This document shows positions 43,110-57,544 of a stretch of DNA of 64,000 nucleotides, in pieces. This stretch comes from Octopus vulgaris (taxonomy: Eukaryota). Positions within the stretch are counted from its first letter, which is position 1. The number at the start of each line of letters is the position of its first letter. The DNA is taken from positions 17,546,001 to 17,610,000 of the forward strand of contig OX597839.1 of NCBI GenBank assembly GCA_951406725.2, in the 5' to 3' direction. Made by a program: the position numbers and the translations under genes. Under the pieces are notes generated by a model. The model did no database searches. It saw nothing but the letters and a program-made list of their open reading frames with translations, and had not been told where the DNA came from.

Positions 43110-43157
43110 CTATGTATTAGTTTCCTGACATGAAATTTTTGTGTCTCATCAGACAGG
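43110..43157 (-). ncRNA. Partly decayed hammerhead motif close to the 42932 motif
   Basis: Minus strand reads ctgt CTGATGA gaca...tgtc ag GAAA ctaatac atag. Stems I and III are imperfect. Confidence 0.45.
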
Positions 43158-43345
43158 TGTATTTCAATAGAATATGGCAACCAAATGAACTACATTACTT
43201 TCACATAAAGAAAATGCTAGTAGTCACCCTTGTTAGGCTGCAGTCATTCAGATGAAATTAATATCAAGTACTATTTCTTTCTTTCACTACTTTTATTATT
43301 ATATATAACTATGTACAAATCTGTATGAGTTAGACCATATCCCCA

Positions 43346-43391
<46 letters not shown>

Positions 43392-44190
43392 CACAAGACA
43401 CACGCACACAAGCATTATTTGCTCTTCTCCACATTTTGTCTCCTTTGACTTATTTACTTTCCTATCTCCCTTTTTGCCCCAAATTGCTGCCATCATATCT
43501 GTTTTCTGTCTATCTATCTATCTATCTGTCTGTCTTATAACACACTCACTCTCTCCCTTTCCTTCCTTTTCTTACTCCCCACCTCTCATACACACACTCA
43601 TGTTTGTAAATATTTCTATTGGAATTATAAAATTAAGTTTACTCTCCTCTGCTTTTTCACTTTCTCTTGCTCTCCCCTATTCTCTCCCTTTTCCTCAGTT
43701 TACTTCTCTATTACTCTCTTCCTCCCCCTCTCTATCTATGTACCTTTCTTGCTTTGTTACCCAACCTTTCACAAAAAAACCCACCAAAAAAATATTCTTA
43801 CTTTTGTTTTCTCAGAAGAGAATAAAATAAAACAAAATTCTCCCTCCATTTCATTTTCGTCTCAACACCAAGCCACTATTTTTAAAAGTAAGCTAAATAA
43901 TTCTACAACTCCCAACAAACGCATAAAATAAAACAATAAAACGTTACAAAATAATAAAAAAATTTATTAAATTTGATGAAAGTATCATATACATTGCATT
44001 TGATAAATTTAGTTTCTTTTTTTTATTACTTGGCTGAATGAGAAGAAACTATAAAATTATTTTTTTGGTAGGGGAGGAAAAATTTTATAAACACGCATGA
44101 AAAATAAAAAGAAATTTAATAGTAGTTACGTGATTATTTTATGAAAAGCTTATTTTTCCTAAAGGCTAAAATGATATATATACTATATAG

Positions 44191-44248
<58 letters not shown>

Positions 44249-44545
44249 ATTTGTGTTTTACATTTATATTATATATGCATGTGTGTGTAAATATATATGT
44301 ATGTACCATTATATGTACATGTTGGTGTGTGTGTGTGTGTGTATATATACATACACACACACATATATACAGTTCCAGAAATGGTGTTAATGGTTGGACT
44401 GTTCTAATTTCAAGAAGCTGCTGTCACAAATAATACAGTTTCATTCTTTTTTGTTCTTTAATATAAAAATAAATCATTATTTCATTCATCCAGTTTAAAA
44501 ATCATTCCAGTAAAGAAGATGATAATAATAATAGTTTTAATTTGT

Positions 44546-44584
<39 letters not shown>

Positions 44585-44903
44585 CATCATCATCGTTTAG
44601 CATCTGCCTTCCATGCTGGCATGACTTGGACGATTTGACAGAAACTGGCCAGACAGAAGACTGCACCACACTTCTGTGTCTGTTTTGGCATGGGTTTTTT
44701 TCTGCTGGATGCTCTTCCAAGTGCCAACCACTTTTCAGTGTGGACTGGATGCTTTTTACATAGCACCAGCACTGGCAAGTTCACTAAGTAACTTAGAAGA
44801 CAAAGATTCTCTGAGAGGACAGAGGGCATTGGAGGGGGTTATTTTGTGTCAGTTGATGAAAGATTATAGTGTATGTGTGTATGTATGTATGCATGCACAC
44901 ACA

Positions 44904-44938
<35 letters not shown>

Positions 44939-45046
44939 CTGGGTATGTGGTAGTAAACCGGAAAAGGAGTACTCAATATCTTGATAGAATATAGTAATCT
45001 GTTTGAATTAGTTAGTTGTTACTCTGGGATTCCCTTGGAGCACTAG

Positions 45047-45727
45047 TTACCTCCGCCAAGGAAGGAGGTTATGTTTTCATCGGTGTTGGTTTGTCCGTCT
45101 GTCCATCTGTGTGCAAAATAACTCAAAAAGTTGTGTATGGTATTTAATGAAACTTGCAGGAAAAGTTGGTAATGACACAAGGAACAGATGATGAAATTTT
45201 GGCAGTGATCCATGAATTTTTATGAATTCTTGACGGATTTTTCATTTGTTATATTTACTTTACATGAAGTATTACAATGTTACATTCTTTGATTATCTCC
45301 CTTGAAAATATGTTCATCGTTTCCACATAACTTCTGGTGGCATTTCTGTTTCCAAAGTTTATTTACGTTTCTCTGTTAGTAATTTTACTCGTGTATCTAT
45401 CTTAAAATGAGCTGCTTAGTGGAGGTCTGCGGACGATGACATGACAAGCCTTGACTATTGGGATCGACTCAAAAATCTCAGGCTTTGCTCCCTCCACCAC
45501 TGCTATGAAACTAGCTTGCTGTTGTCATTGATGTATTATAACTGCTTCAGATGATTCCTGTTTTTAAAGGTTTTTTCTTTTTAAAGGTTATTTTTCTTAA
45601 CCCTGCCAAGGAAGTTATGCTTTTGCCAGTGTTGGTTTGGGAAATTGGGTGATTTTCAGCATGCGTTTATGTGGGTGGAAATGAGCTGCTTGGTGGAGCT
45701 CTGCACTCACAGAGTGCTTTTCTGGTT
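45047..45727 (+). mobile_element. Helentron-associated non-autonomous element (HINE/DINE-1-like), two partial units
   Basis: 5' ttACCTCCGCCAAG-gaaggaggttatgtttt, gtcc/gtct tetramer run, subterminal inverted cttagtggaggt (about 45415) and cttggtggagct (about 45689), 3' hairpin gcactc-aca-gagtgc then T-run. A second head starts near 45597. Confidence 0.7.
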
Positions 45728-46847
45728 TAGTAAGCAGTTTCTTCACTGATTCAATCAGTCATTGAAAATGTTTAATATACTAGTAATTTGAGATACAACA
45801 TAGGAACAAGCAACTGTTCAAAGTGATATATATACATATGTGTGTGTGTATGTGTGTATGTGTATGCTATACACATAAAGTAGTGAGTTAGCAGAATCAT
45901 AAGTACATGAGAGAAAATGATTAGCTGCATTTCTTCTGGCTCTTTACGTTCTGAGTTCCATTCCTGTCAAAGTCATCTTTGCCTTTTATGACTTTCGGTT
46001 CTGTAAAAAAATAAAATAATAAAAGACAAGTACTGTGGACAATGTAATCAATTTGTCCCCCTTCTCTCAAAACTTGATGGCCTTGAACTCTGTGAAGGAC
46101 CAACATCCGATTCAGTGGAATATTGTAATCTTGGTCATATATGTGTTGTAGATACCAGGTAACTAGCTTTATGATACCAAGATTCAAGAGAAAAACATAA
46201 ATATATATGAGCAGTAAAAAAATATAGTCTCAGAGAATTGTGCAGCTATCACAGAAAGCTCATCTTAGTAATCAATTACAAAGCAGTACAATATCAAGTA
46301 TCCATGCGACTAAAAAGCCAAGTGATAAAGTTATTCAGCGAGGAGTATATAAAATATAAGGTCAGGAGTTTGAGAGAAGAATATAAGTTTATCGAACAAC
46401 GTGACTTCCATAGGCTTACAGATGTTTCACAACCTTCTTCATGTTGTATTAATTTCAGTTTGGAAGAAATTATGCATACATGTTTGCATTAGTATGTATG
46501 CTCTGTATTGTACAATACAATAGTATATACACAAATTAGTGCAAATTGAGAAGGCTAGCTCATCAGATCATAGGAATATCTTGATTATATCAACAGTTCA
46601 ACTCTGTAACCATGATTTTCAGGTGATGTTGTGATCTAGCCTTCTCTACTTGCCTTAATTTGAGTGTATTCACTTGTATTGTATAATGCAGAGCATACAT
46701 ATTTATGCAAACCTGTGCACATAATTTCTTGCTTACTGAAATTCATACTACATAAAGAAGGTTGTAAAACAGTCATAATCCTATAGAAGTTACATGGTTA
46801 AATAAATAGATATTTTCATCTCTGAAAACTCCTGACTTTGTTTTAAC

Positions 46848-46881
<34 letters not shown>

Positions 46882-46893
46882 CATGCATGTATG

Positions 46894-46975
<82 letters not shown>

Positions 46976-47128
46976 TGCGTGCGTACACACACACATATAT
47001 ACATATGTGTGTATATATATATATATGTGTGTGTGTGTATGTATATATATATGCATATATATATATGTGCATATATATATATGTATATATATATGTGTGT
47101 ATATATATATATGCATATATATATATGC

Positions 47129-47162
<34 letters not shown>

Positions 47163-47169
47163 ATATATA

Positions 47170-47231
<62 letters not shown>

Positions 47232-47376
47232 TATACATATATATATAGATATATATGTATGTATATATATATACATATGTATATAGATATAAACATATGT
47301 TATATATATATATATGTATATATATATATGTATATGTATATATATATATTTATATATATATGTGTGTATACATGTG

Positions 47377-47421
<45 letters not shown>

Positions 47422-47819
47422 AACAATAAATATCATTTTTATGTATGCATGAACATACAAATACCAATGCAAATGGATATGTTCTACACTCATACATATC
47501 TATTTGCGAACATGAAAACAATTTTTTGTCAAAGTATATATTTTCAAAATTATGAGTAGGCTCTATATAAATTTTTTCTGTTTTTCTCTCTTAAGGATTT
47601 TTCTGTTTTTCTCACTATTCTTTCATATCTGGTTTGGAAGAATTAAATTTGTAACCCTTTTCATCATTTCAAAACATGTTTATTGTCTGATAAAATGCTA
47701 TTCAGTGGCAGTTATTTTGTTGTTTGATTATGTAATGAAATCACTGGAGAAATATTGTGTGTATGTCCCATTCATTATTACCAGGTTTTAAATGTTTTAA
47801 CTGTTAAGATGGCACAATT

Positions 47820-48336
47820 ATTAAATTGTCAGAAAGAATACACTCTATCAGGCATTTGCCATATTCTGAATGCCTTACTTCCCTGGGCATGGACATATTG
47901 AAACTCTGATGTCTGGCAGCTGACTTGGCAGACACCCATAAAATTATTAACCATCTTACAAACAATAACTCTGAGCACCTTTTCAAACTCCACCTGTCTA
48001 ACACCCGTGGACATATTTACAAAGTCAGAAAACAGCACAGCTCCCATGACTTTAGGAAGCATTTTTTCACGCTGAGAGTTGCTGAAGCATGGAACAGACT
48101 GCCGGCATCAGTTGTTAGTTGTTGGAGCACTGCATCCTTCAAAACTTCCATGCTTTCTGAGATTCGCTGACACTATGCCTCATTTTCTCCCCTCCATACA
48201 CACACAAGCATGTATCTGACTCGTACATTGTTCGCTTTCCAGACATTTGTACATTACTGCATATACTTTATACGCACTTTCTGACAAGTCGTGGTGCATC
48301 TGAGCACTGTATACAATAATTTCATTCTTATTATTT
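47820..48336 (+). mobile_element. 3' end of a CR1-group LINE with 3'UTR and (ATT)-type tail
   Basis: NTRGHIYKVRKQ...RKHFFTLRVAEAWNRLP, then a stop, UTR and caataatttcattcttattatt tail. Confidence 0.88.
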
Positions 48337-49975
48337 ATAATATTTTGCTCTGTTTATTTACTTTGATTTTCATCCTTTTGGAGTTGACAAAATAATGTAC
48401 TGCTCAAGTATTTTTTTTTTGAGTCTTAGTACTCAGAAAGCTGGTTACTCAATTTGCCTGGCCTGTACATGACAAAGATCATGACATTCCCCTCAACAGA
48501 ACACCAGTCCATTGTAGGGTTGAAGGCCAACAATTTTACTGGGATGGGACAAGTTGATTACATCAACCCCAGTCCTTCACAAGGGAAGAAAGGCAAAGTT
48601 GACCTCAGAAGGATTTGAACTTGAAATGTAAGGAACTGGAAGAAATACTGCTAAGCATTTTGACCAATATGCTAATTGTTTCACCAAGTTGTCTCCTTAC
48701 CACTTAATAAATTGAATCTATGATACTGGTGTCCCCCTAACTTCTTTAAGGAAGAAACTTTTGATAAAAATCCTTGCTTGCAAACAAACCTGGGTACTAG
48801 TACCTCTGGAACTATTTTTGTGATACATCTTGGGAGGGTCATTATACTAAGAATAAACACACATGCTGGTTTTATATCAGTTTCCTATTTCTCAGTTGAT
48901 TAACCATTTAACTCAATTAACTAATCTGTTATTTGGTTAATCATTTTGGTCAGCCACTCAATCAGTTAGTTTAGTCACAGTCCTTTTATTGCCATTTGTG
49001 GCCTTATCAATGACATACCCTCTAGTGATAGCAGTGAAATGACTTTGGCCACACTAGTTGGTTGATTGATTGAACAAACGATTAACCAAACAATCATTTA
49101 ATTAATTGGTAAAAAGGTTAACCAGTTGACAAATAAAGAAGGTGAAGTAGAGCGAGTGCATGTCCTTTATTGGTTAGATGAGCCTCCCGATGTACAACAA
49201 AATATTTCAACACATGAGTTCACATCAAGAACTTTGCAAACAAAATACAAAAACAAAATCTTCAGTTTTTGGGTGTGCCATGTAAATTCAATTATTAGCA
49301 GCCTATATGTCACATCTGTTATCTTTGCCTTTGTAAGTGAACAAAGGAATACTGATGATGCCACAAAATATTTGGGTTATTATATTTGATGTGTGCTTAT
49401 TGCTAGTGTAATATTCTATATGTTGAACTTTGTATTGAATTTCCCCAGAGTGGGTTTATTTTCTGGTGATATTCTGTGGTAGTGTTTATCCATGTTCCAA
49501 TAAAGCTTCACTTCTAGAGAGTAAGTTATAATGTGTGTGTGTGTGTGTGTGTGTGTTTGATACCCACTTTTCCATAATTGCACAGGTCAGATGGAATTTG
49601 TGGAAGTAGATTTTTTTACAGTCAGATGTCTTACCTGGCACCAGCCCTCACCTGCTTCCAAGCAATGTAATATTTCCCCCATGGCCAGGCACGTCTTCAT
49701 GTAAGATTACAAACAAATAGAACCACTTCTGAAATGGTAACACTTGTTTACAACTGTCACATGATGTCAGATCAATGAAACACACACACACATACATGAG
49801 CAAGCATTATCATACACACACACGTACACACATGCATACATATTTACATACATACACACATATATATAAATATAGACAAATACATATATACCTACATATA
49901 TATATATATATATGTATATGTGTATATTACGTTTATATATTTGTTGTGCAAGATTTTTATATATATATACAACAA

Positions 49976-50023
<48 letters not shown>

Positions 50024-50096
50024 GAAACTTACATCCATATATATGTGTGTGTGTGTGTGTGTACATGTGGGTGTAGAGAGGGAGAGGGATTGAGAT

Positions 50097-50137
<41 letters not shown>

Positions 50138-51046
50138 CATGCATATACGTACACATGCATACTTATTTACTACATTTATATATATATAAAATACTCATGT
50201 GTATGTGTACATGTGTTGCCAAGATATATACATTGGTAAAGGATATAATCATTGTCTTGATATCAATGACACTCTCTTAACATTCTCACTGTCAGAAGTG
50301 CAGTGAACCGGTGATAGGCTCATTGGAAACCTGTAACAAAGGATGCTCTTCCTTGCAGTTTACAATCTGAACTAAAATAAATAAATAAATAAAGCATGTT
50401 AAATAGCTCACTCATACAAGAATGTCTGACAGAAATGTCAAAATTTGACAGAAAGTTTGTTTTAGTTCTTTAGTGAGGTTCTACACACCAGTATGTTTCT
50501 GATCCTTTCTAAAGTACTATTTCGAGTTCCAGTAACCTATCACTGCACATCTCATTTTCCTGTTGTTGTTGTTGTTCTTGTGTAACACCAGGAATTTCTA
50601 TGCAACCTGTTGCTCAACCTGCTACAATTAGTTGCTCAGTTGACCCTCAGATTTCGACCTGCTATCTTGTTTTTCGTTCTTCTTTTCTCTTTTTTTTTAA
50701 GTGTTGGTGTTGCAAAACAAAGCACCCAATACATATTGTAAAATGGTTGGAATTAGGAAGGGCATTGTGAAATATGGATGGAATAAGCCTTCATTTCCTC
50801 ATTTTGATTTTCGTTGTTCATTTACTTTTGTAAATTATATATTGTTATATTGTTTTATTCTTTTACTTGTTTCAGTCATTTGACTGTGGCCATGCTGGAG
50901 CACCACCTTTATATAAAATTTTAATTTTACTTCATGTACTTTTTTTACGTGTTATTTCATATAATTTATCTGTTATATGTTTATTAGTGGGGAATGGTTA
51001 AAAAAAAAGTTGCAATAAGGTAATATAAAGGTATCTAATGTCTTGA

Positions 51047-51178
<132 letters not shown>

Positions 51179-51235
51179 TAAACTTCAATTTACATTTTTG
51201 AAAATTATGTATTTTATTTGCTGATATTTTTACTT

Positions 51236-52012
51236 GGTTAAAGGTGTTAGGTGGCAGAATTGTTTTTGAGTTGGATAAGATGCTTAGCAGAACATTTTGT
51301 GGTTCTTTATGTTTTGAGTTCAAATTCTGCTGAGGTTGAATTTTCCTTCATCCTTTCAAGGTCAATAAAATAAGTACCAGTTGAGGACTAGGGTCCATGT
51401 AACTGGACTATAAAATCTCAGGTCCTGTTCCTGAAATAGAAATATAATTAATGGGTTAAAGGCAGTGAGCTAGTAGAATCATTACCATGCCAGAAACGAT
51501 GCTTTGCTACATTTCTTTGAGCTCTTTACATTTTGGGTTCTAATACTGCTAAGGTTGACTTTCATCCTTTCAGGATTGATCGAATATGCACCAGTTAAGC
51601 ACTGAGGTCGATGTAATCAACTGACATCTTCTATATAAAATTTCAAGCCTTCTGCCTAATATAGAATACTATCAACAGGTCAAAGTTAGCTAGTTGGTAG
51701 AATCATAACTATGCCAGACAAGATGATTAGCAATGTTTCTTCTAGTTCTTGATATTCTGAGTTCATATGCCACCAAGGTCAACATTTCCTTTTCATCCTT
51801 TCAGGGTCAATAAAATAAGTGCCAACTGAGCTCTAGGGTCAAGGTATTTTCTGGCCTTGTGCCAAAGTTAGAAAGAATATTATTAACAGGTTAAAGTGAT
51901 TGTGGTGTCAGAATTGGTGGAGCAATGAAATAAATAACTTGCTGTAGGTAGTTATGTCTCTTTATGTTTGAAGTCTGAATCCTGCTGAGGTCAAATTCAT
52001 CTTCCATCTTTC
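51236..52012 (+). repeat. Head-to-tail array of about 4 family-B SINE units (period about 210-220 bp)
   Basis: Units start ggt(t/c)aaag at about 51237, 51455, 51678 and 51889. Each carries ttcatcctttc and usually aataaaataagtaccag. The last unit is truncated. Confidence 0.85.
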
Positions 52013-52151
52013 AGATATGAGACATTTTGGCACAGCTGGTTTGGCAGCCCCTATCTGGCATCACTGATTCAACACTGACCTTATTTGACAAAATATATTT
52101 TAATGTTTGTCTTGTTCTCTCCATCTCTATTTTTTTCTCTCATTTATATGG

Positions 52152-52345
52152 TGAGCATATTTCTCTGTGTGTAGGAGGAGAGGTAAACTAATTATGTCAG
52201 TCATATTCAGTTAAGAAATTGTAATCTCTCTCTCTCTCTCTCCCTCTGTTTATGTGTATGAGCACATTTCTCTTTTTATGTATGAGAAGTGGGAAGCTGT
52301 TTATGTCAGACATATTCAATTAAGAAATTGTAATGCCTCTCTCAC
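52152..52345 (+). repeat. Direct duplication of about 107 bp
   Basis: tgagca-atttctct...ttatgtcag-catattca-ttaagaaattgtaat occurs twice. Confidence 0.75.
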
Positions 52346-52886
52346 TCCATATCTCTCTCTCTCTCTCTCATATGTATACTTTTCTATATCTGTAACATGA
52401 TTATCACTGTCATAGAAGCAGTATCATTCATTTCCAATGTTCTAAAGGAACTTGTCTGGGCATAGGAAATATCACCTTGCTTGGAAACAGGTGAGGGCTG
52501 ATAACAGGAGGGGCATCTAGCCATAGAAAATTTACCTCAATAAACTTCATCTGACCTACGCTAATATGGATAAGTGGTGACGATGATGATATAATATATT
52601 CAATAATTCATAGTATTAAGTGTGTGTGTGTGTGTGATCATCATTTAATGTCTGGCATGGGTTGGACAGTTTGACAGGAGCTACAAGCCAGAGGAGTTTG
52701 GCAAAATCTATTGTCTGCTTTAACAAGTTTCTATGGCTGGATGTACTACCTAACACCAACCACTTTGCAGAGTGTGTTGGGTGTTTTTGACATGACATCA
52801 GCACTTTGAAGGTCATGAAGTAACATGCAAGACAAAAGCCCCTCAACTGTGAATAGTGGGGTAGTACTGAGAGTTTATATATGTGT

Positions 52887-52947
<61 letters not shown>

Positions 52948-53502
52948 CTAAGATTAGATTATGCAATGTCCTTTCTTGTTCTTTCCTTTAAGACAGTAGA
53001 ATGTGAGTTTTGAGGAAGATTTGGCTGATTGCCATTTCTAGCAGTGTAGAAACTATGTAGAAGCACCATCATTAGGCTAATGAGGGGTTAGCAGAAACAG
53101 AGTGAGGACTTAAATATAAAAAAATATAAAAAATGTTTAATCATGTATTTTACTTTCACTTTTCAACTGTTGTCTGAAATTTTATCACTCATCCTAGAAT
53201 TGATTTATTTTCTGTCTCACTTCTATTTTCGAGAGACTTTCTTGCTTCCTGTGTGGCTCAGCTCAATTAGAGCTGAATTTATATATGCTAACCCACTTTT
53301 TTTTTTTAATATTTCTACTATTGAAAAAAATAACAAGAGCAAATAAAAAAATACTATCATCAGCATGTGTATACTCTTCTTCTCTCTATGTTATCTAAAT
53401 GTTATTCATTTGCCCAAAATAACTTGTGCTTCTTCCCTTAAAGCCATTTTGTACGTATCTCCTATCACACTATCACACATTGGTTTATACATTTATACTG
53501 TT

Positions 53503-53585
<83 letters not shown>

Positions 53586-53635
53586 TGTGATACATGTATT
53601 TCCACACATATATAAGCATATACATCTATAAACAC

Positions 53636-53677
<42 letters not shown>

Positions 53678-54214
53678 GACACAAACTCACATTTATCTCA
53701 AAAAATTTCTATATAAAGTTCTATCTGTATGTAGTATATTGTGAAAAAAAAAACTATAAAATAAATATAAGTTTTTCTTATATTTTTTTTTTACTAATAC
53801 ACATTCTGAAAATTAAAATTAAGGGAAAATGTTATTTTTTTTTGAGACCCTTGAAGCTAAATTCCAATTCCAAACCAAAATGTTATTTGGTACTGTGCAG
53901 TCAAATTATGTCTACAAACAGTTTCAAAAATATAGATTCCATTGAGAGTAGAATAACGTTTATTTACATGGAGTTACTTCACTTTTGAAACAAATTCATA
54001 ATAATTTCAAATTAATTATCAAATTTTATGTCAAGATCTTTGGAAAGTTTCTTTCTCTTCTACATATTTATCCACTGGCACTCCTTCAGTTATGAAGATG
54101 AGGGTTCCAGTTGATCCAATCAATGGAACAGCCTGCTCATAAAATTAATGTGCAAGTTGCTGAGCACTCTACAGATATGCCTGCCCTTAATGCGGTTTTC
54201 AGGGAGATTCAGCA

Positions 54215-54488
54215 TCACCGAGTGGTATTAAGGCCACAACCCAGCAGACGGGGCTCTGGTGAAAATCCTCGGAGTGTCTGCTTCAGCAACCGGTGGCTCC
54301 TCGGTCATTCTGTCCCTGCGTCTGCGGACAATCTGCGGCAAACAGGATGTCTCCACAAGCGGGATTGTTGGGGACCACTTGTGAAATCCACATATTCCCA
54401 CGAAACTTCTTCCATGAGTAGAAGAAGCCAACTCAACCCGCCCAGGGTGAATGTCGCCACAAGTACAAGTAAGTAAGATAAGTTAGTA
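54215..54488 (+). mobile_element. GC-rich retroposon 3' end with (AAGT)n tail next to SINE fragments
   Basis: Abrupt rise in GC and CpG content, ending aagtacaagtaagtaagataagt. Confidence 0.45.
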
Positions 54489-55107
54489 GATAAGCATGAA
54501 GGTGCATGGCTTAGTGGTAAAAGCATTTGGCTTATGATTGTAAGTCATGAGGTCAATTCAAAGTTCCTGACGGCATAGCTCTGACACTACCCGTTGCCAG
54601 CGTCCCCACCACGGTGAGGAGGGGATGGACTTTGGGGACAACTAACTTATCAACTAACCATCACTCCCTGGAAACATTCACACATGATCCAATGAAGGAG
54701 TATCTATTTGGTCTGTAGATCTGATAGAATAGCAATATCTTCTTGCATCTGATTAGGATAATTAGTTCCCTTTCCATATAGCCCCCTTTTTTTTCTTTGT
54801 TTTCAGAGTGTCCAACTTCCCAAGCAGGTTACCTTCTCATCAGTTAAAAATACATGTCTCTTCTTGATGTTGTCAAGGAGTTTTAGTCTCACAATGGTGG
54901 CCTGAAAACATATATAAATAATGTCCCTGTGGCACTGGAGTATTTTTTTAAAAAAGAAGTTTGAAAGATTGTCTGACATAGCAAGATGTATTACAAATGA
55001 ATACCTATAAAAATAGAAGATCTGAGTGTTCAGAAAATAAAAATAAAAATATACACATGCATGTCTGCATTTGTTTGTGTACAAGATATGTACACATATG
55101 TATGTGT

Positions 55108-55148
<41 letters not shown>

Positions 55149-57544
55149 CTATTTAAAAATATATAGACATAGGAAAAAAATAAAAATAGCAAGTTGAAAG
55201 GAAAATTCAATGACAAAAAGCTAATGAAGTGGGAGGGGGGTGCAAGAAAAGATAAAACAGAGACAGCAGTCAAAAGAGAATTTATCTCTTGTTGTCGAAG
55301 TCTTTGGGTTATCCCAGAAAGTCATCTTCTTATATAACTTTAATATATTGAAGATGGATGTAAATCAAAGTAACTATACATACATACATACACAAACACA
55401 GTTGTGTGTGTATGTATATAATTTTAGTGACCACATTATACCCATTTCAATTATATTTGATCTTGTCTCATCTGACAAGATCAAATATGATCAAAATAGT
55501 GATAATGTGATCTCTCACACTCTTCCTCACTCCTCGCCCTCCTTCCCTCTCCTCCCCTCCCCTCCCTTCTCTCTTTCGAATAGAAAATATAAAACTCTGC
55601 TTTCATTTTATGTATTGAGTACTAAGTTTGAAAACTATTTCATTTGAATCCTATCAACAAGGAAAACATTATGCATACCTAACATTATGCATATTATGTA
55701 TGTATATTTGCGTGCATGTGTATGTATACATATATGTATGTGTATATAGTAGCATGTTGTGTGATCTTACACAGTAAAACATGAACAAAGTAAAAAAAGA
55801 GATATTGATACTTTAGATGGAGCTAATATTAATGTGTAATATTATATATATAGTTTCCAGCTTTCAACCATTCTGCTGCTCACAGTTTCATATCCTCATC
55901 CCAAGACATTCTTCAGACTTGTTGGTTGATAGAACAGCTACTGTCAGTAGACGCATGCATAATTACATGCAAACAGCCTTTGACATCTGTTACAGACTGT
56001 CTGAGCTGTAACATTACAACTTATTAAGCAAATTTTTAGTTCAGTTCAAATATTTGTGATATATTTGACCTGTGAAAAGGTCATTTTCTCTGCAGTTTGC
56101 TCTGAAGAAAATTCTCCCTTTAGGCAACAGGTGTTAAAAAGAACCAACAATTTGAACTGATATAAAAATTTGTTTTTAATTTACAACACTGCTTCGTGTG
56201 ACTACTACATAATTTGATTGAGCCTGTTGATGTTGTATACAGTCAGTAAATAATTTCTACTCATTTTCTTTAAGAAAGCTTTGACTTCCAAAATCTTGCA
56301 TTTATCAGTCCACAGAAGGTACACACAAATGACTGTTGGTGCTTTAACACCTGTTACCTAAAACAAGGACTTTCTCCACAGCAAATTGTAGTGAAAATGG
56401 TCATTTTTACAGGTCAGATATGTCCCAAACATGTTTGATCTGATCTAAAAGTTTAATTTACAACAATACTTCATGTTTCTATTACATTATTACAACTTAT
56501 ATGTTTGTAAAGTAAATCCATAAGCTCGGCTGTGTGGGTAGGGGTTTGATCCATGACCACATGATATAGAGTTCCAGCTTACTGCATGGCATCTTGGTGG
56601 AGGTGTTGCAAGTGTCTTTAACCGTAGCTTAGGCTGACAATACCTTGTAAATGAAATTCATAAATGGAAATTGTATGGAAGCTTATTATTTGTGTGTGTA
56701 TACATGAGTGTTTACATTCCAGGTGTCTTTGCATGATACTGTCTGAATAAAATGCTGTCATCATTTTTACATCCCCTGTAAATATATGTTCTGTGGCTCT
56801 GCACTTTCACCTTGTGTTTACCAGTGAAATAAAATAACCCATTACTTAAAGACAGTTGGGTGGTTGGAGGGAGTTGGCAACAGGAAAAACATCTGAATGT
56901 AAAATGGTATCTTTGTCCAACATATACTATCTTAGGAAAATGGACACAAACTGAACAAACAGGTGTGTGACAGTGTGGTTAAGAAACTAGCTTCCTGACA
57001 ATATGGCCTTAGATCCAGTTCCATTGTGCAGTATCTTGAGCAAGTGTCTTCTATTATAGCCCTGGACAAAACAAAACCTTGTGAATAAATTTAGTAGATG
57101 AAAATTCAAATAAGTCCATTGTGTGTGTGTGTGTACCCTTGTCTTGATATAATGGGATAGTTGTATGATTGTTCGCTTCCAGAAAAACATTATAAACTAT
57201 GGTAAAATATTACTTTGCTTGGAAACCACTAAAGATTAGTGACAGGAAAGGATTCTAGCTATAAAAAACCTGCCTCAACAAATTCTATCTGATCCATGCA
57301 AACATAGGAAAGTAGACACTAAATGAGATGATGATGTGGATGTATGTATCTATTATATCATAAAAAAGTGTATCATAAGAAAAGAATATGTTTTTCACTT
57401 TAAAGTTTGTATTGAGTTCTCTCTCAGATAATGACTGCTTCAATCAATGTAATATGGCTCCATAATGAACAAAACAGACAACAAAGTATGAAAATGACTC
57501 GGCTACAATCTAATGAAGTAGCTTATAAAAATTAATTTTAAAGG

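Noticed and set aside
51236-52012. Regularly spaced repeats resembling a CRISPR array (also 10287-10700)
   Set aside because: Whole units are homologous and diverged, there are no unique spacers or cas genes, and the context is eukaryotic.
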